From a virus (taxonomy: Duplodnaviria; Heunggongvirae; Uroviricota; Caudoviricetes), in IMG/VR virus record IMGVR_UViG_3300028840_008157: a DNA stretch of 64,000 nucleotides; one strand, 5' to 3'. The first letter of the stretch is position 1, and the number at the start of each line of letters is the position of its first letter. This document shows positions 27,294-36,592 of this stretch, piece by piece. The position numbers were made by a program, and so were the translations under genes. The notes under the pieces were generated by a model that saw only the letters and a list, made by a program, of their open reading frames with translations, did not search any database and was not told the DNA's origin.

Positions 27294-28049
27294 ATGGCCT
27301 TGCGCTCGTTCGGATGCGAGCTGGAGTTCTGCTCCGACTGGGAGCGGACCAAGGACGCTCTCCATCAGGCCGTGGAAGATGTATACGGGCCCCATAAGCT
27401 GATGGTAAGGGAGGCTTGGTACCGGTCCATCAACAACCGTACCTGGCACATGAAGGAGGACGGCTCGACGACCGGAGAGATCGTGACGCCAGTCTCGACG
27501 GAGGATGACCTTGATCTCATATGCGAGGTCATCGGGCTCCTGAGGGCGTCGGGCGTCAAGGCCGGACGGAAGGACGGGTTTCACGTCCACGTGTGGGCGA
27601 GGGACCTCGACCCGAGGATGCTCGTGGCTTCGTGGGCCAGGATCGAGACGCAAGTCATGTCGGTTTTCCCTCGTCACCGCAGGTCGAACTACTATTGCGC
27701 GCCCATACGGGATTCGCGCTTCGAGTCCATGATGGAGTCGGCCAGAAAACACCACGCCGCGTTGTCCATGCGATTGAGGAAATTCCCCAAGTCGCCCAAG
27801 GAGCCACGGATGAAGCAGCGCGGGACCGTCGAGTTCCGCGTCGCGGAGGGGACGTTCGACCCGGTCCTGGTCAGGAATTGGATAAGGTTCTGCCTCCGGT
27901 TCGTCGAGGGGGCCAAGGATATCGACCCCTACGTGTTCATGACGGACAGGCCGTCCAAGCCGAACCTGAGGCAGCTCCTACGCGAGATCGGGATGGAATC
28001 CTCCTACGGGTTCTTCGATTCGAGGAGAAGGCGTTTCGCCCGCGTATAA
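27294..28049 (+). CDS. Putative amidoligase (Amidoligase_2-like, COOH-NH2 ligase)
   Basis: FGCELEF, DGS..EIVTP, GFHVHV and TVEFR motifs. Confidence 0.8.
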   Translation: MALRSFGCELEFCSDWERTKDALHQAVEDVYGPHKLMVREAWYRSINNRTWHMKEDGSTTGEIVTPVSTEDDLDLICEVIGLLRASGVKAGRKDGFHVHVWARDLDPRMLVASWARIETQVMSVFPRHRRSNYYCAPIRDSRFESMMESARKHHAALSMRLRKFPKSPKEPRMKQRGTVEFRVAEGTFDPVLVRNWIRFCLRFVEGAKDIDPYVFMTDRPSKPNLRQLLREIGMESSYGFFDSRRRRFARV

Positions 28050-28081
28050 TCCCGAAGCCGGATGAACCGGGAGGACTACGC

Positions 28082-28981
28082 ATGAAGACGATCTTCGGGA
28101 AGGCGATCAAGAGCGTCTTGTCTGGATCTGCCTGTTTCGGCGTTTCCGGGCCCAAAGGATTCAGTGGTGATTCAGGCGTGAGCGCATATTCGTCCGCGCC
28201 CGGGTTTAGCGGGCGTAGCGGGCGTAGCGGGTTCAGCGGGTTCAGGTTCAGCGGGTTCAGTTCTTCAGGCAGCGGCGTCAGCGGCTTCAGCGGTTTCAGC
28301 GCATGTTCGGCGCCCATCGCCGGGTTCTCGGGGGTCGCGACCAACCTGGTCTATTTCATCGTGGACGAGCAGGAATGGACGGACGCCTACATGTTCGTCG
28401 CCGAGGATTACGCCCTCGAGGAGGTTGAAGAGGGGGAGGTCATCTGGTCCGTCGGGGGGCATTGGCAGTGGAGAGGAGGAGGAAGTCGTCGTCCCTCCTT
28501 ACCGAAGGGCAGGCTGAGCCTGGTGGCGAAGGCCGACGGGAAGGGTCGTTTCGTCCTTGGGGACGACGAAAAGGACGTGACGTCCATGGTAAACCAAAAG
28601 GGAGGTCGCATCGGCTGGTTCGACGTGGGCGATTGCGACAGCGCCGAGGTGATCATCATCTTGGGGAAGGGCGTCATCGGGACGCCCGACGAGCCACTCG
28701 TCGTCCCATCGTCATCGCAGTTCGTCAAGAAGGAAGACGGTTGGACCATAAAGGGTTACGTCGATACCGACATCGTGTTCGGGGAACAACACAAGCATCC
28801 CGTCGAACAGCAAGCCAGGCTAGAACACGACGCCACGTTCTCCGCCTTGGCCGCCGCCGAATGGTCGACGAGATGCGACTACGCGCCGTCCATCCCCGCC
28901 TACTGTAGTTGCCAAGCCTGCTTCGTGGCGAAAAAGTGGAAGGACCATTTCAATAAGGTCAAGTCCGAGCTCGTCGCTTGA
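28082..28981 (+). CDS. Protein with N-terminal SGx triplet repeats (SGFSG)
   Basis: ATG 28082 after GGAGGA; repeats SGFSG/SGRSG at about 28140-28335. Confidence 0.7.
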   Translation: MKTIFGKAIKSVLSGSACFGVSGPKGFSGDSGVSAYSSAPGFSGRSGRSGFSGFRFSGFSSSGSGVSGFSGFSACSAPIAGFSGVATNLVYFIVDEQEWTDAYMFVAEDYALEEVEEGEVIWSVGGHWQWRGGGSRRPSLPKGRLSLVAKADGKGRFVLGDDEKDVTSMVNQKGGRIGWFDVGDCDSAEVIIILGKGVIGTPDEPLVVPSSSQFVKKEDGWTIKGYVDTDIVFGEQHKHPVEQQARLEHDATFSALAAAEWSTRCDYAPSIPAYCSCQACFVAKKWKDHFNKVKSELVA

Positions 28982-29630
28982 TGATCGCCGTGACGTGATC
29001 GGAACCCTCCTCGTATACCTGGCAGAACTCGGCGTTCTCCCCTATGAAGGCTGCCTGATTCGCGTCCATGTACTTCGAGTCGATCTTGCCGCTGGCCGCG
29101 AACCGCTTCAGGACGGGCAACGCGGCATCCTGGTGGCCAGCCGGGAGTCCCCATCCCCAGTTCGACGTGTGCAGGTCTTCGACGACGTACCATCCGCCTG
29201 GCTCGACCTTCGGGAAGAGGAAACCCAACGTGACCTGCTGGTGGATGACCTCGTGGCTTCCGTCGTCGATTATGATGTCGAAGTAGGTTCTCCCCGGCGA
29301 GACGCGTTCCAGCGCCTCCAGGAACCCCTTCTCGTCGTTCTGGTCGGCCTGGAACGTGATGATCCTGTCCTCGTTGAACAGGAACTTGTCGTTGATGTCG
29401 GCCCCGTAGATGACGGCGTTCGGGAAGTACTCCTGGAACATGCGCTGGGACGCCCCGTGGTTCATGGTCTTGCCTAGCCCGTCGTTGACGCCGATCTCGA
29501 GGAGGGCCGAGACGTCGGTTCTGGAATCCTCCCAGAAGTGCGCGTAGAAGTCGGCGAATCCGTGGTAACGATGCCCGTCGCTTCCCTTGTCGGTCCTGTA
29601 CTTGTTGGCCAGGTCGTTCAATAGGCTCAC
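28959..29630 (-). CDS. Class I SAM-dependent methyltransferase (sugar O-methyltransferase-like)
   Basis: GTG start overlapping the upstream stop; YRTDK, LLEIGV..GAS..YFPNAVIYGADI, DIIIDDGSH, GGWYVVED. Confidence 0.85.
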   Translation of the reverse strand: MSLLNDLANKYRTDKGSDGHRYHGFADFYAHFWEDSRTDVSALLEIGVNDGLGKTMNHGASQRMFQEYFPNAVIYGADINDKFLFNEDRIITFQADQNDEKGFLEALERVSPGRTYFDIIIDDGSHEVIHQQVTLGFLFPKVEPGGWYVVEDLHTSNWGWGLPAGHQDAALPVLKRFAASGKIDSKYMDANQAAFIGENAEFCQVYEEGSDHVTAIIKRRART

Positions 29631-30169
29631 GGGATGGATACCTTCTCGCTGCAAACCTGGTAGATGGTCGTCTTGATCGGTCCCGTGTAGCGTCTCAGCC
29701 GGACGCCAGCCTCGTCCAGCATTTCCAGGGCGCTCTCGACGGAATCCTTCCAGTCGTGCCTCCCGTACAGGTGGGACATCATCTCGTCGATGGGGTGATG
29801 ATGGATGACCTCGGATATGGCCCCGCATTGGATGATCCCGTGGGCGCACCCGGCGCAGGGAGCCCATTGCGTGTAGAGCCTGCAATTCCTGGCGCGCCAA
29901 CCCGACAGGATCGCGTTGTCGATGGCGTTCCTCTCGGCGTGTGCCGTATACCGGTACTTCGCCGGCCTCTTGTGGCGGGCGGGGACGTCGTCCTCGACGC
30001 CCCTTGGGAACCCGTTGAAGCCCGTCGAGATGATGCTCCGGCGCTCGTCAACGATGATTGCACCGACCTTGCTCGACGCGTCCTTGGACTTCATGGCCAC
30101 GAAGAAGGACATGCTCATGAAATACTCGTCCCACGAGTCGAATGACGCGTCCTTCAGCGTAGGAATCAT
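29627..30169 (-). CDS. dCMP deaminase
   Basis: WDEYFM..SKD..KVGA, GFNGFPRG, HAERNAI and PCAGC zinc motifs. Confidence 0.92.
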   Translation of the reverse strand: MIPTLKDASFDSWDEYFMSMSFFVAMKSKDASSKVGAIIVDERRSIISTGFNGFPRGVEDDVPARHKRPAKYRYTAHAERNAIDNAILSGWRARNCRLYTQWAPCAGCAHGIIQCGAISEVIHHHPIDEMMSHLYGRHDWKDSVESALEMLDEAGVRLRRYTGPIKTTIYQVCSEKVSIP

Positions 30170-30188
30170 CCCGTTCTCCTTGGGATGA

Positions 30189-30644
30189 TTATACTGTCCC
30201 GGGTCGTCCATCCTCGTTGCTGACGACGACGACCTTGCGATTCTTGAGCATCTCCCTTTCCACGGTACGCGGGTTAAGGCGCGTTATCTTTTTGATCGCC
30301 TCGTCCCTGTTTTTGCGGAACTTCTCGTTCAGCTTTCGGAGGGCCGGTTTCGTCGTAGGAGGGCTCGTGGATACGATCCGGTCGATAATTACCATCGTGT
30401 CGATGTCGCCGTGCTCTTCCTGCCGGCGTCGTACGTGGTCATCGCACCAATTATCGGACTCCTTGATGTCGAAGGCGTAGCCACGAAGCTGGACGGGGAG
30501 CGGACCGAAGTATGTCAGCTTCAGGTCCGACCTTTGACGATCCCCCTTCTTCTTCTCGATTTCGGCCCTCTTGTTCCTACGAGGCATCTTTTTTGTTACA
30601 AGTTCAGACAATTCCTCGAGTTCCGTCTTTTCTTCCGGGTCCAT
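30189..30644 (-). CDS. Hypothetical basic protein
   Basis: AAGGAG RBS before ATG 30644. Confidence 0.65.
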   Translation of the reverse strand: MDPEEKTELEELSELVTKKMPRRNKRAEIEKKKGDRQRSDLKLTYFGPLPVQLRGYAFDIKESDNWCDDHVRRRQEEHGDIDTMVIIDRIVSTSPPTTKPALRKLNEKFRKNRDEAIKKITRLNPRTVEREMLKNRKVVVVSNEDGRPGTV

Positions 30645-30674
30645 TGTGAAAATTCTCCTTTCTGGGGCGCATTG

Positions 30675-30764
30675 TCGGGCCTTCGCGTTACCTGGTCTGG
30701 CGTCAGGCACGGCCAAATTGGACTTGATCGGGCCTTCGCGTTACCTGGTCTGGCGTCAGGCACG
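30675..30764. repeat. Perfect 37-bp direct repeat, 2 copies, 16-bp spacer
   Basis: TCGGGCCTTCGCGTTACCTGGTCTGGCGTCAGGCACG at 30675-30711 and 30728-30764, between divergent genes. Confidence 0.95.
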
Positions 30765-30781
30765 CCCGATTCGCGGTTACA

Positions 30782-30807
30782 AGGACGGAGACATTAACCC
30801 TTTGAAT
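30782..30807 (+). promoter_or_regulatory. Putative phage promoter AGGA-N18-GAAT
   Basis: AGGA-cggagacattaacccttt-GAAT upstream of the 30837 gene. Confidence 0.5.
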
Positions 30808-30836
30808 ATACGAATAAGGGTTAGAGGGGCCATTTC

Positions 30837-33173
30837 TTGCGGATAACCGCCAACAGCAAGCAGGGCGTGATCGAAGCCTTCCTCGTGGCGCTGGCCAACG
30901 CCGTGGTATCCGCCCTCGTGCGGGAATTCGGCATGGCGGAGGAGTTCGCCAGGCAGGTCGCCAGCGCGGCCGAGGGAAGCATCAACGTCGCCCGATGGAT
31001 GGCCAAGAACGGCGTCAACGAGTCCAACCTCGGCGAGATGACGGAAATCCTGAAGGAGTTCAACTCTCTGAAGCCGCGCCTGAAAGCCCGTGGCGCGACG
31101 ACCGACCTGATGAGCCTGGATTATGAAGGCTTGTTCTCCTTGGTCGAGAGCGGGCGCGACATGCCTCCGACCATATCGGAGATAAGAAAAAACCTACCTC
31201 GTGAGATCATAGGCATCGTAACATACGGCTTGGGGATCGCTCAGCGCCTTAACCCGCAGGTCGACATGAACGTCGCCAAACCGCTCGCCTTCCAATGGGT
31301 TCATCATCTCTTCGACGAGGCAGTTCGGAGACCGTGGCCCGGTCCGGATGAATGGGCCATAGAAAGACTTACGGAAGACAAGCGGGAGATAGCGGACGCG
31401 ATGGGCGAGTACTTCGCGTACGTCATGGGCAAACCAAGGGCACGGAATATCCTGGACTTCGATACTCATCCATCGTTGGCTCATTACGTGGATGGCCTGA
31501 TGACGCCGGAGCAGAGGCGTCTAAAGTACAGCATCGACGAGCCGAAGACCGATGTTGGCATGGAGATCATTGCCCTTCCCGATGGCTACCGAGCCATTCG
31601 CGTTACGAAATGGAGCGAAAGGTTCCGAGACGAACTCTGCAAGAGCGCGAGATGGTGCATCAGAAGCCCCGAGATGTTCGAGTCTTACAACATCAGCGAA
31701 CATACCCCGCTTTACCTTCTCCTCGAAGGGAACAGGCAGGTCGGCCTCCTGTCCCTAGCGTTGGGCGAGTTCAAGGACGTGATGGACGCCCCGATCGGCG
31801 AATCGAAAATGCTGAAGGAGGACGAACTCGACAAGATTTTCGACGTCGTCGAGAGCCTAGCAGACGTCGAAGGCGTGGACATGCCAGCCGGCGGGGATTT
31901 CCTGCCGTGGATGATCACGCGAGGCAAGATTCCACCAAGGGCGTTGTTGGACATGAAAGAGGAACTGGAAGAGCTCAAGTCCTGGGGAAGGGAGGAGGGA
32001 CAGGCCGCGGTAATAGACTCCAAAGAAGATTCGATGAACTCGTTGATGCGTACTTACGCGCAGAAGTACCTCGAGATCGTCGAGAAGAGTGATCTCGATC
32101 CTTCCGAGGTAATGCAAATACTGCAAGAAATCACCAATCATGCGCCACTTTCGATAGGCAGGCTTTCCAACGAAACCATCAACAACCTGCGCGCGGTTGG
32201 GAGAATAGCCAAAAAAATAGCCGTCAAGGGAAGGTTCTATCGGCCCCGCTTATCGACGCCGGGCGCGCTTAGCCTGTTTCGACGGTTCCTTCCCGAGGAA
32301 TATCTGGAATGGGCGAGAACCGTCACCCCGGCCTCCAACCAAACCCTCGACCTGACTCGCTACCTCGTCGTGATGAGTCATCTAACGAACAGGGGAAGGG
32401 ACGACGACGCTGACCAAATCGACGAGAAGTACTTCGGGACTATTCCGGAAGATGCTCGCAAGGCCGTCCTGGCGAAGGCTCAACAGGAATTCGTGTCGCA
32501 TCCAGCGGTATTGTCGGAAGAGGAGCCCGTGTTGCCGGGCGTCGCGATCTACAACAATGGCCCAACGGACGAGGGCGAGACGATCCTGAGGGATGGCGAT
32601 GATTGGTACCTTACCTCGGACTCCTGGGACCTCGATAACCTCAGGTCGCCGATAGGAGCCCAGCCTAAATTAGTCGCTTCCACCGCCAAGTTCGTTAGTT
32701 TACTGGGATCGTACAGGAAAAAGATGTTTGAAACGACGAGGACCGACATGAGACGCGCCTCCCAAGGATCAATGACGCCTGAGGAAGCGGAGGAAATGTT
32801 CAAGAAGCACGCCGGAAGGGAAAGGTGGGATTATCGCAGGCGGGACTTCGAGGACCCCTTCAAGGCGACGGACATGGACGCGCAGAATGCTTTCTTTGAC
32901 GACATGCGGGACATCGGTCGGTACTTAGACAAAGACAGCGGGATCAGGAGAAGGATCGAGAATCTCCCGAAAGAGATGAACTACGCCGATTTCGCCTGGA
33001 GGTTGGTGAATTGGGCTCCGGGCGGAAGCGTTGCCCCGTTTCTTGGTCAGGTTTTCGAGGAAAAGATCAGGGACAGGATCGACTTGTTGAAGCGTAAGGG
33101 GAATCCGATAGAGGAAAAGCCCCCTCCCAAGGCTTTGGTAGCGTGGATTGATCGTTCCTGCAAGTGGGCCTAA
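30837..33173 (+). CDS. Large hypothetical protein (778 aa)
   Basis: Long ORF with less GC-biased codons; central ARWCI..FESY..PLYLL segment; C-terminal WIDRSCKWA. Confidence 0.75.
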   Translation: MRITANSKQGVIEAFLVALANAVVSALVREFGMAEEFARQVASAAEGSINVARWMAKNGVNESNLGEMTEILKEFNSLKPRLKARGATTDLMSLDYEGLFSLVESGRDMPPTISEIRKNLPREIIGIVTYGLGIAQRLNPQVDMNVAKPLAFQWVHHLFDEAVRRPWPGPDEWAIERLTEDKREIADAMGEYFAYVMGKPRARNILDFDTHPSLAHYVDGLMTPEQRRLKYSIDEPKTDVGMEIIALPDGYRAIRVTKWSERFRDELCKSARWCIRSPEMFESYNISEHTPLYLLLEGNRQVGLLSLALGEFKDVMDAPIGESKMLKEDELDKIFDVVESLADVEGVDMPAGGDFLPWMITRGKIPPRALLDMKEELEELKSWGREEGQAAVIDSKEDSMNSLMRTYAQKYLEIVEKSDLDPSEVMQILQEITNHAPLSIGRLSNETINNLRAVGRIAKKIAVKGRFYRPRLSTPGALSLFRRFLPEEYLEWARTVTPASNQTLDLTRYLVVMSHLTNRGRDDDADQIDEKYFGTIPEDARKAVLAKAQQEFVSHPAVLSEEEPVLPGVAIYNNGPTDEGETILRDGDDWYLTSDSWDLDNLRSPIGAQPKLVASTAKFVSLLGSYRKKMFETTRTDMRRASQGSMTPEEAEEMFKKHAGRERWDYRRRDFEDPFKATDMDAQNAFFDDMRDIGRYLDKDSGIRRRIENLPKEMNYADFAWRLVNWAPGGSVAPFLGQVFEEKIRDRIDLLKRKGNPIEEKPPPKALVAWIDRSCKWA

Positions 33174-33176
33174 ATG

Positions 33177-33204
33177 GTCCGAGGCTCCACTAGGAGCCTC
33201 GGAC
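33177..33204. terminator. Perfect 12-bp hairpin between convergent genes
   Basis: GTCCGAGGCTCC-ACTA-GGAGCCTCGGAC just after the stop codon; no U-tract. Confidence 0.45.
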
Positions 33205-33347
33205 GAGGTCACCGATGGAGGGTCGGCCCTCGTTGCCGCAGTTTTACCCACTGATGGACCCCCTACCCCGAGTGATCATATTGATGCCAGGTAGGGTAGG
33301 AACCGGGTGAGGCGCCCACTAGCGGCTGGGGCGACCCCCGTTAAGGT

Positions 33348-33387
33348 TCCCTAGTCAGAATTCTAGGTCTCCCTAGTCAGAATTCTA
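33348..33387. repeat. 18-bp direct repeat, 2 copies, period 22
   Basis: TCCCTAGTCAGAATTCTA at 33348-33365 and 33370-33387. Confidence 0.9.
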
Positions 33388-33389
33388 AG

Positions 33390-35789
33390 TTATTTTGAGG
33401 CGACTACTGCCTTCTCCTCGGCGTCGATGATCCTGAGTACATACTCGATGAGCGGCTCCATCGAGACGAAGTCATGGTATTTCTTGTTAGCCAGCTCGTC
33501 CCCGTCGACGCTGACGTTCTTTCGGTAAAGGTACGCTCGTACCCCCATCATGCCGCCGAACAGCTTGAACTTCCGGATGAAGTTCTCCCGTTTCTGTTCG
33601 CGCATCTTGGCGGTAAGGGCCTTGAGTCGCTCGTGGGACTTGTTGAGGAAGACGACGAGCGTCTTCTTCCCGTCCTCGTCGGAGTTCATGAGGCGCGCTT
33701 CCATTCCGGCGCTGTCCGGATCGCGTCCCTCGAACATTTCTTCCCACGTCTTCTCGTTCTCGTCGCATCCGATGAGCTGGACGCCGATCATGAGGTCCTG
33801 CTGCTTGTCCGTGACGGTCTCCTGGACGGCCGCGACGACGCATTTCCTGGTGTCCGAGATCAGCACTTCCCCGGACGGGGAGAGTATATCGACGACGACG
33901 TCGAACGATTGCCCGACCATCTCGGCGGCCTTGTTCTCGTCGAGGTCTAGCATCCATCCCATGCGTCCGCCGCTCAGGGGGTACGTCGCCCTGACCTCGA
34001 CCAAGCCCTCGGGGACCGATCGAATCCTGACGAGGTCGGAGCTCCAGAACTGCTCGTCGGCGTTGGTCTCGACCCGGATGGTGGAGGGCTTGAAGATGTA
34101 ATGCTTGTAGCCGTCCTTGACGGGGGCGACGATGTTGCATGCCGTCACCTGCGGGAAGGGCAACGTCGCGAGCGGCAGATGGGTTCGGGACGAGCGTTTT
34201 CCCTTCTTCGTCCGACGCTTTGGCTTCGGGGGGACGATCCTTACGGACCAGCCCTTGAACACCTCTCCGAGGCCCTTCTTGATCTCCTCGTCGTCGCCGG
34301 CCCATTTCGACAGCTCGCGCCTCGTCTCCTCGTCGGACTCGGAGATGCCGTCAAAAATCTCGTCCTCGAGCTCGACCTCGATCTCGGCGAGCGTCTCGTC
34401 GGCTTGCAGGTCCTCCCTGATGGTGTCCTTGATGTAGTCGAGGACTTCCCCCTGCTTGAGCTTCTCCCTGTCGGAGGTGAGGAGTTGTCCCCTCTCATGC
34501 CCGTTGAGACCGCTGCAATCGATGTTGATGACGATGTGCTTCCTGGTCATCGTCAGGCCGGCCTCGGCGATGAGCTCGGGGCCGAGGGAGCCATGGCATT
34601 GTCCGTTGTTGGTGAATATGATCGGCTGGTTGGCGCGGGCGGTCCCGAGGAAGACCTCGCTGCCGTTGCGCCGATCCAGGCGTCCCTTCTTCTTGTTCAA
34701 CTTCAGGGCGTAGGCGACCCAAAGCTCGACCTTGACGGCGTTGTCGAAACCCTTCGGCTTGATCATGAACGGCGCTCGGCGGTAGCGCATGGACGTCCTG
34801 CCCTGGACGTCCTCTTCCTCTGACTTCCTGGACAACTTCTCCAGGCGTCGTCTCGACCCGAGGACGCGTTCCTTCTTGACGACGTCGCCCCTGAGGTCGA
34901 CGCAGCGGATGGGCAGGATGGAGTCGAACAACAGGACGTTCATGGTGTCCCATAGGGAATCGCGGGTAAAGAACAGGCTCTTGATGCCGGCCAAGGAGAA
35001 CCCGAAATGACGGCATAGCGTCCCGTTCTTGATCTTGTCCGGGATGGAGGTCGAGGTCATGACGGAGGCGTACTCGGGATAGAAGTTCACCTCGCGAGCC
35101 TCTACGAACGGCACGTTCCCGTTCTCGTCGACAAGGTAGAGGTAGGCGGGCATTTTCTCGTTCAAGACGCCAGCCTTCCGGCAGATGGTGAACGCAATCC
35201 GGTCGTCACCGATCTTCTTGCTGACGAGCAGGACGTACTTGGAGAAGGAGAGGGATACGGATCCACCTTGACCGAACGTCCCGACGAGCCACGGTTTCGC
35301 TCCCTTGTTCCTGCCGTGGAGCGAAACCAGGGTCTTTGAGAACTCCTCGACGCCCACGCCGGTCCCCACGTCAAGGACGTCGACGCGGCCCCTCTTTTTC
35401 TCCGTCTCCTCGGGGCCAAGTACGATCCATACGGAAGGCGCGGCGGGAACCCACTCCTCTCCCTCGTCGCGCCCGAACAGGGCTTCCGCCGCCTCGAAGG
35501 GGCAGGAGAATTGACTCGGGTCGACTCCCTGCTCTATGAGGGCGGCCTCGATCATCGCGTCGAAGCTATTGGTCGTACGCTCGGCCAGGGCGTTGCCGGG
35601 CGAGCTTCCGAGGTCGATCAGCCCAGGGTTGGCGAGGTCGTCGCCGTACGGAATCCATCGGTACCCCGAAGACATCGGCTTCGAGAGGTCGACGATGGTT
35701 CCGGTGCCCCCGATCTCCTCGAGGACCTTCTCGACGTCCCCGGAATCCTTGGACTTCATCAGTTTTCGGTACAGTTCGTTGAAGTTCAT
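33390..35789 (-). CDS. GHKL (HSP90/MORC-like) ATPase-domain protein
   Basis: ERTTNSFDA (N box), DVGTG (G1 box), GTFGQGG (G2 box); ATG 35789 after GGAGG. Confidence 0.8.
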   Translation of the reverse strand: MNFNELYRKLMKSKDSGDVEKVLEEIGGTGTIVDLSKPMSSGYRWIPYGDDLANPGLIDLGSSPGNALAERTTNSFDAMIEAALIEQGVDPSQFSCPFEAAEALFGRDEGEEWVPAAPSVWIVLGPEETEKKRGRVDVLDVGTGVGVEEFSKTLVSLHGRNKGAKPWLVGTFGQGGSVSLSFSKYVLLVSKKIGDDRIAFTICRKAGVLNEKMPAYLYLVDENGNVPFVEAREVNFYPEYASVMTSTSIPDKIKNGTLCRHFGFSLAGIKSLFFTRDSLWDTMNVLLFDSILPIRCVDLRGDVVKKERVLGSRRRLEKLSRKSEEEDVQGRTSMRYRRAPFMIKPKGFDNAVKVELWVAYALKLNKKKGRLDRRNGSEVFLGTARANQPIIFTNNGQCHGSLGPELIAEAGLTMTRKHIVINIDCSGLNGHERGQLLTSDREKLKQGEVLDYIKDTIREDLQADETLAEIEVELEDEIFDGISESDEETRRELSKWAGDDEEIKKGLGEVFKGWSVRIVPPKPKRRTKKGKRSSRTHLPLATLPFPQVTACNIVAPVKDGYKHYIFKPSTIRVETNADEQFWSSDLVRIRSVPEGLVEVRATYPLSGGRMGWMLDLDENKAAEMVGQSFDVVVDILSPSGEVLISDTRKCVVAAVQETVTDKQQDLMIGVQLIGCDENEKTWEEMFEGRDPDSAGMEARLMNSDEDGKKTLVVFLNKSHERLKALTAKMREQKRENFIRKFKLFGGMMGVRAYLYRKNVSVDGDELANKKYHDFVSMEPLIEYVLRIIDAEEKAVVASK

Positions 35790-35814
35790 GACTTCCTCCG
35801 CTCTTCCACCCCAC

Positions 35815-36516
35815 TCAATCGAACAATTCCTTGTCCAACGACTGGTCGTACAGGTCCTCATGTTTTACGCCGTAGAACTCGAGTGCCTGACGAAGCAAAT
35901 CGTGGTATTTCTCGCGATTTTTCGTCGGCATCTCGAAGTACATCTGCGCCTGGGAGTGTTTGAATCCCCTGCGCTTGGTTTTCGGGTCGGCCGCCCCGAT
36001 GTTTGATAGCCTCAGGTAGACGCTCTGTGGGGTTCGTCCTATGGTACTGGCCACGCTCATGATGCGAGGATGATTGAAATGTCGGTTTGGTGGATACGGC
36101 CCGTCGAACGCCGCGTACAGCTCCCTGCAAAGTATCCACTCGTGGGTCGTCCATCTCCTTCGCTCGGGGTTCGCCTTGCGCCATTTGTTGATGACGCGGT
36201 AGGCGTTCATCCCTCGGCAAGGCTTGAGCCCGAACTGCTTCTCGATTTCCTTGTAGCTCTTCTTCTCCTCGTTGTACGCCTTGGCCATCGCCTCTTGCTC
36301 GTTCGGGTCGGTGACCTGGCTGGAGGTTCTCAGGTTCGAGACCGTGGCATTCGGTGCCTGGTCTTCGCGTCCCGACTTGTCGAAGATGATGGAGACGGAT
36401 TTCTCGTCGATCTTCTCCAGCGAGAACTCCACGCCTGCGGCCTGCAACGACCCGACCAGGGTCGCGAATGACATCGGCTCTTTCGCGATGTCGAAGACCA
36501 TCTTCCCGTTACCCAT
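35815..36516 (-). CDS. Putative DNA-binding protein
   Basis: C-terminal WTTHEWILCRELY..IGRTPQSVYLRLSNI..DP resembles the N-terminal helical domain of HNH restriction endonucleases; no HNH motif present. Confidence 0.65.
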   Translation of the reverse strand: MGNGKMVFDIAKEPMSFATLVGSLQAAGVEFSLEKIDEKSVSIIFDKSGREDQAPNATVSNLRTSSQVTDPNEQEAMAKAYNEEKKSYKEIEKQFGLKPCRGMNAYRVINKWRKANPERRRWTTHEWILCRELYAAFDGPYPPNRHFNHPRIMSVASTIGRTPQSVYLRLSNIGAADPKTKRRGFKHSQAQMYFEMPTKNREKYHDLLRQALEFYGVKHEDLYDQSLDKELFD

Positions 36517-36564
36517 GGTTCTCTCCTTCTATTATGGCAATTCCTCGTCCCTTGTTCTTAAAAT

Positions 36565-36592
36565 AATCTAACTTCATTATCAGAAAAGTCAA
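36565..36592 (-). promoter_or_regulatory. Sigma70-like promoter
   Basis: Minus strand TTGACT-N16-TAGATT in an AT-rich intergenic block, upstream of the AAGGAG RBS of the 36516 gene. Confidence 0.55.

Noticed and set aside
28140-28335. AGCGGG(T/C)TTC-type DNA microsatellite or contingency locus
   Set aside because: It is explained by SGx peptide repeats with varied synonymous codons; units are in frame.
30675-30764. 37-bp repeat pair as a CRISPR mini-array
   Set aside because: The spacer is only 16 nt, neither strand has a GAAA(C/G)-type end or a recognisable repeat family, and no cas gene is present.
33245-33310. Hammerhead ribozyme (CTGATGGA..GGAAC)
   Set aside because: The core deviates from CUGANGA/GAAA, and no convincing three-stem junction with a cleavage triplet could be drawn.
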